A stretch of DNA of 64,000 nt from an uncultured virus (IMG/VR IMGVR_UViG_3300020463_002162) (Duplodnaviria > Heunggongvirae > Uroviricota > Caudoviricetes), in the IMG/VR virus record IMGVR_UViG_3300020463_002162. One strand, 5' to 3'. This document shows, one piece after another, positions 58,743-64,000 of this stretch (position 1 is its first letter; each line of letters opens with the position of its first letter). Position numbers and translations under genes: made by a program. Below the pieces are notes generated by a model, which had not been told where the DNA came from, ran no database searches, and saw only the letters and a program-made list of their open reading frames with translations.

Positions 58743-58850
58743 ACCCAAACAACTATCAATTGCAACACTAAGAGCAATGGCAAAGACTGGTATTGGTCAT
58801 GGTAAACTAATTGAGGTTGTAAAAAACTTGAAGAAAACTAACAAAAAAAG

Positions 58851-58900
58851 TGCAAAATAATTTTTCTATGTCAGAAAAATTGATTATATTTGTACTGACT
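58851..58900 (+). promoter_or_regulatory. Early promoter element, copy 5 (internally shortened)
   Basis: TGCAAAATAATT..TATGTCAG..TATATTTG (exact TAnnTTTG at 58885-58892). Confidence 0.7.
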
Positions 58901-58913
58901 AAATAAACTAAAT

Positions 58914-59129
58914 ATGAAACAATTTTTTTGGGCCTTATTGATAATCTTGGTATTCGTACCAGCAAGTATTTTCGTAGCAACATTACTATGGAATATGGTA
59001 CTAGTTCAAGTAGTTACATGGGCTAACCCAATTAACTTTTGGCAAATGTTTGGATTAATGGCATTATTGTACTTAATCTGGCCTGGCACAAAAGTAGGAA
59101 TTAATAATAAGAATAAAAACAATGTCTAA
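58914..59129 (+). CDS. Small membrane protein
   Basis: Hydrophobic; contains PINFWQMFGL. Confidence 0.7.
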   Translation: MKQFFWALLIILVFVPASIFVATLLWNMVLVQVVTWANPINFWQMFGLMALLYLIWPGTKVGINNKNKNNV

Positions 59130-59580
59130 GAAAATCATCTATTTTGATATGGACGGAGTCCTAGTAGATTTAGCAGCAAAGATTGCTACTTACTCTAAGG
59201 ACTTTATTGATGCATGTCAAAAAGATGACACTGTAGACTGTATACCTGATTTATTCTTAGACCCACCTCCAATGGCAGGTGCTGTAGATGCATTCAACAA
59301 GTTTGTCAAGTCTGACAAATATGATGTTTACATTCTAAGTACAGCTCCATGGAATAATCCAGATGCTTGGATGCAAAAAAGAAGGTGGGTTATGAAGCAT
59401 CTAGGAGATGGTGCTTACAAAAGACTAATTCTCTCTCATAATAAACATTTGAATATGGGAGACTATTTAGTAGATGACAGAACCAAGAATGGTGCTGGTG
59501 ATTTTACTGGAAAGCTAATTCAATTCGGCAGTGATAAATTTCCGGATTGGGATAGTGTGTTGAACTACTTAAAACCTTAA
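59122..59580 (+). CDS. 5'(3')-deoxyribonucleotidase (HAD, NT5C family)
   Basis: YFDMDGVLVD, ILSTAPW, GDYLVDD. Confidence 0.9.
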   Translation: MSKKIIYFDMDGVLVDLAAKIATYSKDFIDACQKDDTVDCIPDLFLDPPPMAGAVDAFNKFVKSDKYDVYILSTAPWNNPDAWMQKRRWVMKHLGDGAYKRLILSHNKHLNMGDYLVDDRTKNGAGDFTGKLIQFGSDKFPDWDSVLNYLKP

Positions 59581-59581
59581 T

Positions 59582-59836
59582 ATGGACTTTGAACCTAAAT
59601 GGACTTTTAAAGAAAACATGGACCACATCTTTGATGTAGTTAAAAAAGCTGCGGCAGTTATCAAATCTTGTAAGAACACTACACATTTAGTAGGTGCCGA
59701 AAATTATGTCAAGAATGTCAGGCGATACCTAAACTTCTTTGAAAAGTCTGCAAGACAACAAGAATTTTGTGACAAGCAATTAAATGAGTTTGAAAAAATG
59801 ATTAGAATTAAAAATAAACAATATCTTGTCGATTAA
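59582..59836 (+). CDS. Hypothetical protein
   Basis: 84-aa ORF. Confidence 0.65.
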   Translation: MDFEPKWTFKENMDHIFDVVKKAAAVIKSCKNTTHLVGAENYVKNVRRYLNFFEKSARQQEFCDKQLNEFEKMIRIKNKQYLVD

Positions 59837-60410
59837 GAGATGGACACAGACCGATATAGAATTATCTTCTGAATTCTTAAAAGCTCCTCATTTTTGTAAA
59901 CATCCCGGCGGGCAAGAAATCATGCATAAATGGGAAACTCCTATAATGGAGCTAGATGCAAAACACTTATGTAGAGGCGGAGGTAGTATTCTAAATATAG
60001 GATATGGTATGGGTATTATTGATGGTTTCATTAGAGACTATAAGCCTGACAAACATACTATTATTGAAGTACATCCACAGCTTGTAAGGAATGCTAAAGC
60101 TGCAGGCTATGAGAATGTATTGGAAGGAGATTGGATTGATATTGTCAAGAATATGACAGAACAATTTGATGCAATATATTTTGATACTTATTGTTTTGAC
60201 AGAGATGATTGGGCTATTTTTACAAAGGACTATGCAGATAGACTTTTAAAACCAGGAGGTAGATTTAGCTATTTTAATCGTGATGCTGCAAAACAACAAA
60301 AAGTATCAGACTTATGTGAGGCTAAAGGTTGGAAGCCACATGTGGAGACTATTCAGTTTTCCAGAAGCCAGTGGTATTATTCTATTGTTTGGCATAAATC
60401 TGCAAAATAA
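59826..60410 (+). CDS. Class I SAM methyltransferase, GAMT/Rmt2-like
   Basis: IMHKWETPIM, ILNIGYGMGIID, HTIIEVHP, FDAIYFDTY, LKPGG.FSYFN. Confidence 0.8.
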   Translation: MSIKRWTQTDIELSSEFLKAPHFCKHPGGQEIMHKWETPIMELDAKHLCRGGGSILNIGYGMGIIDGFIRDYKPDKHTIIEVHPQLVRNAKAAGYENVLEGDWIDIVKNMTEQFDAIYFDTYCFDRDDWAIFTKDYADRLLKPGGRFSYFNRDAAKQQKVSDLCEAKGWKPHVETIQFSRSQWYYSIVWHKSAK

Positions 60411-60467
60411 TTGCCTCTAGATTTTTCTATGTCAGAAAAATTGATTATATTAGTACTGTAAATAAAA
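60401..60467 (+). promoter_or_regulatory. Early promoter element, copy 6
   Basis: TGCAAAATAATTGCCTCTAG..TATGTCAG..TATATTAGTACTGTAA. Confidence 0.8.
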
Positions 60468-60471
60468 CACT

Positions 60472-60933
60472 ATGAAAAAGAAAGTAATTTTTGACCTCGA
60501 CGGAACTTTAGCTCTTATTGATGATAGGAGAAAGATTTCTAAGAAGCCAGATGGCAAGATGGATTGGGATGTATTCTTCGATCCTAAGAACATTGACCTT
60601 GACCAACCGAACCATGCAGTAATTGCTATGGCTCAAATGCTTGATGCAGCTGGCCACATGATTGTTATTCTTAGTGGTAGAAGTAAAGCTACTAAAGATG
60701 CTACTAGAGCTTGGTTGAAAAAGCACAATGTACCGTTTGATGTACTAAAGATGAGACCTACTTCTAAAGATTTCATGTTCATGCCTGATGACAAGCTTAA
60801 GCAAATGTGGCTTGACAGTTTATTCAATGACAAAAATGATATTGTTTGTGTCTTTGACGACAGACAAAAGGTTGTGGATATGTGGAGAAGCAATGGCTTA
60901 ACCTGTATGCAGGTTGCGCCAGGTGACTTTTAA
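60472..60933 (+). CDS. HAD phosphatase resembling the T4 PNK 3'-phosphatase domain
   Basis: FDLDGTLA, LSGR, MRP, FDDR..VV.MWR..GL.C.QVA.GDF. Confidence 0.88.
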   Translation: MKKKVIFDLDGTLALIDDRRKISKKPDGKMDWDVFFDPKNIDLDQPNHAVIAMAQMLDAAGHMIVILSGRSKATKDATRAWLKKHNVPFDVLKMRPTSKDFMFMPDDKLKQMWLDSLFNDKNDIVCVFDDRQKVVDMWRSNGLTCMQVAPGDF

Positions 60934-61046
60934 CGTCCCTGGCCCCTGTATGCCTTCTTGTAATTCTTAGACTTCTTAGAATTAGAATGATTGTTCTTAC
61001 TATGAACTTGTGGTCGTTTCTTCTTTGGTTTATCTCTCAGAGCCAT
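60930..61046 (-). CDS. 38-aa basic peptide ending YRGQGR
   Basis: MALRDKPKKKRPQVHSKNNHSNSKKSKNYKKAYRGQGR; GATATATA upstream on the minus strand (61077-61084). Confidence 0.75.
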   Translation of the reverse strand: MALRDKPKKKRPQVHSKNNHSNSKKSKNYKKAYRGQGR

Positions 61047-61104
61047 CACTATTAGTATATTTTTTATGTTAAAACCTATATATCTTCAAGAATTGTTAAC
61101 AACT

Positions 61105-61173
61105 TTTTGCAAAATAGTTGCCTCTAGATTTTTCTATGTCAGATATTTTTATTATATTAGTACTGTAATTAAA
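61105..61173 (+). promoter_or_regulatory. Early promoter element, copy 7
   Basis: Near-identical to the reverse complement of 12411-12480. Confidence 0.8.
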
Positions 61174-61184
61174 ACGATAAAACA

Positions 61185-61487
61185 ATGAACAAAATTTTAA
61201 CTTTCCCATTCAGACACCCACTTGGCGACTGTACTAACAATGGTCTTACTTCAGTAGGTGACAACTTCGAACTTTATTTCGACAATGACAATTTGGACTC
61301 TGTTCCAAACGATTCACTTGTCCTAATTAAAAGGACTTTGTTTGGTAAACCTGCTTGGTATGCAAAACCTGCATCACTTGTAAAATCTAATACTCACTCT
61401 ATGATGGGTGGTAACTTCATCTACACTTCAGATTCAAGATTTCCTGGCGATGCTCCAATTCCTGTTCACGATAGAGTAGAAGCCTAA
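61185..61487 (+). CDS. Early hypothetical protein
   Basis: DCTNNG...MMGGNF..TSDSRF...HDR; follows the promoter element. Confidence 0.75.
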   Translation: MNKILTFPFRHPLGDCTNNGLTSVGDNFELYFDNDNLDSVPNDSLVLIKRTLFGKPAWYAKPASLVKSNTHSMMGGNFIYTSDSRFPGDAPIPVHDRVEA

Positions 61488-61699
61488 TGACAGATTTTTA
61501 TACACATCCAAAAGGTACTTCATGGTACTACAGAGAAATGGGTTCCAGAAATAAGAAGACTGGAAAGCTAAACTATTACAATGTCAAAGTGACAGACTAT
61601 AAAATTGTAGACTGTAACTGTATGGCAAGAGAGTTCAGGCCGTACTCTCCATGTAAACACATGAAAAGATTACATGAAAAAATTGGCCATAGTTTGTAA
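61487..61699 (+). CDS. SWIM zinc-finger protein
   Basis: CNC...PCKH. Confidence 0.75.
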   Translation: MTDFYTHPKGTSWYYREMGSRNKKTGKLNYYNVKVTDYKIVDCNCMAREFRPYSPCKHMKRLHEKIGHSL

Positions 61700-61729
61700 A
61701 TTTACGAAAAAGCATGTAATTATACTAAT

Positions 61730-62248
61730 ATGGAAGCAATACAACAAATACAATCACTTCTGCAGGAAGCAGAACAGATAGCAAAAGAAGACTTAGGCTT
61801 AGACAATATATTCTACAACGAGAGGTTCGTAGAGATGTTTATGGCTAATCATTTAGGACACGAGTATGGTAACAATACTCAGGGTGGCGATGCCTTAGAT
61901 GCCACTGAAACGCCTACAGAATATAAGGCAATTAATCTTAGAAATAAAACTAAAGGTACGTTCCAGTTCCATTGGTTATCTAAGAATAAAATCAAGAAAT
62001 ATGCTGAGACTAATAATATGTACTTTGCAATTAGAGATGGTGTAACTATTAAGAAGATCTATGAAGTTCCTACTGAAGTTATCATGCCAGTCTTAGAAGC
62101 TAAAGCTACAAATTCAAAATCTATTAATGGTCATGCAGGTTTCAATGAGAAGAAATTAGTAAATGAGTTTAACGCAAAGCTAGTCTATGATGCAGAGAAA
62201 TTCAACTGTGCATATTCTGGCTTAACATCACCAGCAGCCTATGAGTAA
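61730..62248 (+). CDS. PvuII-like PD-(D/E)xK endonuclease
   Basis: LGLDNIF, GGDALD...TEYKAIN, IKKY, YFAI..G..I..IY parallel PvuII motifs as recalled. Confidence 0.65.
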   Translation: MEAIQQIQSLLQEAEQIAKEDLGLDNIFYNERFVEMFMANHLGHEYGNNTQGGDALDATETPTEYKAINLRNKTKGTFQFHWLSKNKIKKYAETNNMYFAIRDGVTIKKIYEVPTEVIMPVLEAKATNSKSINGHAGFNEKKLVNEFNAKLVYDAEKFNCAYSGLTSPAAYE

Positions 62249-62501
62249 AAGTAAAACACCAATATCATTGCTGATCGAAGCAATGCAAGAAGAACTAGAA
62301 AGTAGCCCGAAAGAAGTTTGGCCAGGTATGGAATATGCAATAGAGATTGCTAAGAGAATGTTACCTGAAGAAAAGAAAATCATGTGTGATTTTGCAAACA
62401 ATTGGGCAGATGCTAGAGAACAAACAGATAGAATGTACAATGATATTCCAGGGTTTGAAGGTACTCTGGATGCATTAGATGACTTAACCGATTTTTCATG
62501 A
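62241..62501 (+). CDS. Hypothetical protein
   Basis: 86-aa ORF. Confidence 0.65.
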   Translation: MSKSKTPISLLIEAMQEELESSPKEVWPGMEYAIEIAKRMLPEEKKIMCDFANNWADAREQTDRMYNDIPGFEGTLDALDDLTDFS

Positions 62502-62857
62502 ATAAAATCTTAGTCTTAGGTATTTCACCAGGTTTTGCTGGTAGTCCACAGAAATCTATGTCTATTCAAAGAGTAAAGAGATGGATGGCTGAATGTGGCT
62601 ACGAGCAGACTGACTACGATTGGAGAAATCTAGTCGATGAAGCAGGTAAAAACCCTAAGATGGGTGAAGTAACAATTGGTGTTGATGAGGTCGCTAAATA
62701 TGACAAAGTAATATGTCTTGGAAATAAACCTGAACAATGGTGTAAATCTGTAAAGATAGAACATTTAAAAGTTCCACATCCATCTGGCTTAAATAGACAG
62801 TGGAACAATCCCGAAACAGAAACTATAACAATTAATAATATTGGTGAGTATTTATGA
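62498..62857 (+). CDS. Minimal uracil-DNA-glycosylase-superfamily protein
   Basis: LVLGISPG, VICLG, VPHPSGLNR. Confidence 0.7.
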   Translation: MNKILVLGISPGFAGSPQKSMSIQRVKRWMAECGYEQTDYDWRNLVDEAGKNPKMGEVTIGVDEVAKYDKVICLGNKPEQWCKSVKIEHLKVPHPSGLNRQWNNPETETITINNIGEYL

Positions 62858-62950
62858 ATAAGGAATTTGAGTTAATTAGCGAAGAAGAATTTAATCAACT
62901 GATTATAGACGAATTATCGAAAGGTGTAGAAATAGAATTTATAGATTTAG

Positions 62951-63538
62951 ATGAGTAGACAATTTACATGGTGGCGAAGATTCTGGGCAACAAGAAAGAT
63001 GCCTAAGCAAATGCTGTATAAAGCTGCTAGTGAATTACAACAGAGAATTGAGTTCGGTGAATATGAAGTAGATGAACTCGGTAGAGAATATATGCTGGAA
63101 GAAGCAATCTTCGAACAGAAAGAAAAGGCTCTAAGAAAAGAAAAGCCATGGTTGACTGAAGAGTCTTACAGAGAACAGATTCATCCTATCAATAAACAAT
63201 ATAGAAAAAGACAGCAATTAATTATGAAGGCTCATCTTCAAGCTGAACAAAAATTATTGTATAAACTGAGAGAAGAACTAAATAAAGAGTTTGGTATCTC
63301 AACAGAAAGAATTACAGATGAAATGGAAGTATTCGACGGTACAACTAGAGAGTTTTACTTCTATATCAAATCAATAGCTCTGGGTAAAAAGTTTGACCCT
63401 GATAAACAACAAAGACTAATACCTGAGCAACCAAGACACATACTAAAACCTAAAGAGAGAAAGTATGTAGATGTTTGGATGAAATTAGTAAAGAAAAACA
63501 AGTGGGAAGAGTTCTTAAATTGGAACAATTACCAATAA
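62951..63538 (+). CDS. Hypothetical protein
   Basis: 195-aa charged helical ORF. Confidence 0.7.
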   Translation: MSRQFTWWRRFWATRKMPKQMLYKAASELQQRIEFGEYEVDELGREYMLEEAIFEQKEKALRKEKPWLTEESYREQIHPINKQYRKRQQLIMKAHLQAEQKLLYKLREELNKEFGISTERITDEMEVFDGTTREFYFYIKSIALGKKFDPDKQQRLIPEQPRHILKPKERKYVDVWMKLVKKNKWEEFLNWNNYQ

Positions 63539-63547
63539 ATCACTATA

Positions 63548-64000
63548 ATGAATAAATCTAGCCTTATGACAAACTATGGATATTGTTGCATCAATATGCA
63601 ACTCAGAAAACAAAAACCATCTATCACTACAAATCGTAGTATGATTAAACGTACATTTATGGCTAAAGGTCCTGACTACGCTTCAGAACTTATTGTACAA
63701 AACGTACGAGACCTACGTGAAATCATTAAATGGAATGAGGCTAACGGTATCAAACTTTATCGTATGTCTTCTGATATTATGCCGTGGATGTCAGAGTACA
63801 ATATCTCAGATCTAAAAGACTTTAGAATTATTCGAACTATTCTAGAGGACTGTGGCGATCTGGCTAGGGAGTACGGACAGAGGATTACATTCCACCCTGG
63901 ACCATTCGATGTCCTCGCATCACTAAATGAAAACGTTGTCACCAAATCTATTGCTGATCTCAACAAGCATGGTGAAATATTTGACCTTATGGGTCTACCG
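63548..64000 (+). CDS. uvsE: UV damage endonuclease UvsE/UVDE, 3'-truncated (start 63548 or 63566)
   Basis: Own translation: YGYCCIN, WNEANGIKLYRMSSDIMPW, RITFHPGPF.VLAS. Confidence 0.92.
   Translation, partial: MNKSSLMTNYGYCCINMQLRKQKPSITTNRSMIKRTFMAKGPDYASELIVQNVRDLREIIKWNEANGIKLYRMSSDIMPWMSEYNISDLKDFRIIRTILEDCGDLAREYGQRITFHPGPFDVLASLNENVVTKSIADLNKHGEIFDLMGLP

Noticed and set aside
1..64000. Stop-codon reassignment as seen in some jumbo and crAss-like phages
   Set aside because: Known genes are full-length in code 11, and TAG (19891, 39859) and TGA (17262) act as stops
1..64000. Giant eukaryotic virus or eukaryotic origin suggested by collagens, PLOD and GNA1
   Set aside because: Operonic overlaps, intrinsic terminators, bS21, ClpCP, PhoH, S74 chaperones and Bacteroidota-type promoters indicate a bacteriophage

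Overview
AT-rich, gene-dense, standard-code fragment of a large (jumbo-type, T4-like) lytic phage that most likely infects Bacteroidota/Flavobacteria. Host evidence: TAnnTTTG-like promoters, no Shine-Dalgarno motifs and a Bacteroidota-type bS21. About half the window encodes very large fibre/virion proteins: Gly-X-Y collagens, Gly-Ser-Ser/Gly-Thr-Ser repeat proteins, SIDSLE coiled-coil proteins, a vWA protein and a virion-type trypsin/PDZ protease. These are interleaved with at least seven glycosyltransferase domains and two 2OG-Fe(II) oxygenases. The main finding is an apparent phage-encoded collagen maturation pathway: a GT25 (COLGALT-like) + PLOD-type lysyl hydroxylase fusion, a P4H-like oxygenase, a GT4 and a stand-alone S74 chaperone lie directly downstream of collagens with Lys in the Y position. 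Other content: an N-domain-less ClpC, ClpP and four small UVR-motif (EEYEKC) proteins; canonical ThyA plus a second TS-family enzyme with the cytosine-specifying Asp; an orphan PvuII-like nuclease; proteins with a T4-like capsid-targeting N-terminus; three distinct promoter classes; a divergent early cassette flanked by GC-rich structured non-coding DNA; and a candidate small RNA. All family calls come from motif recognition by eye; no database search was run.
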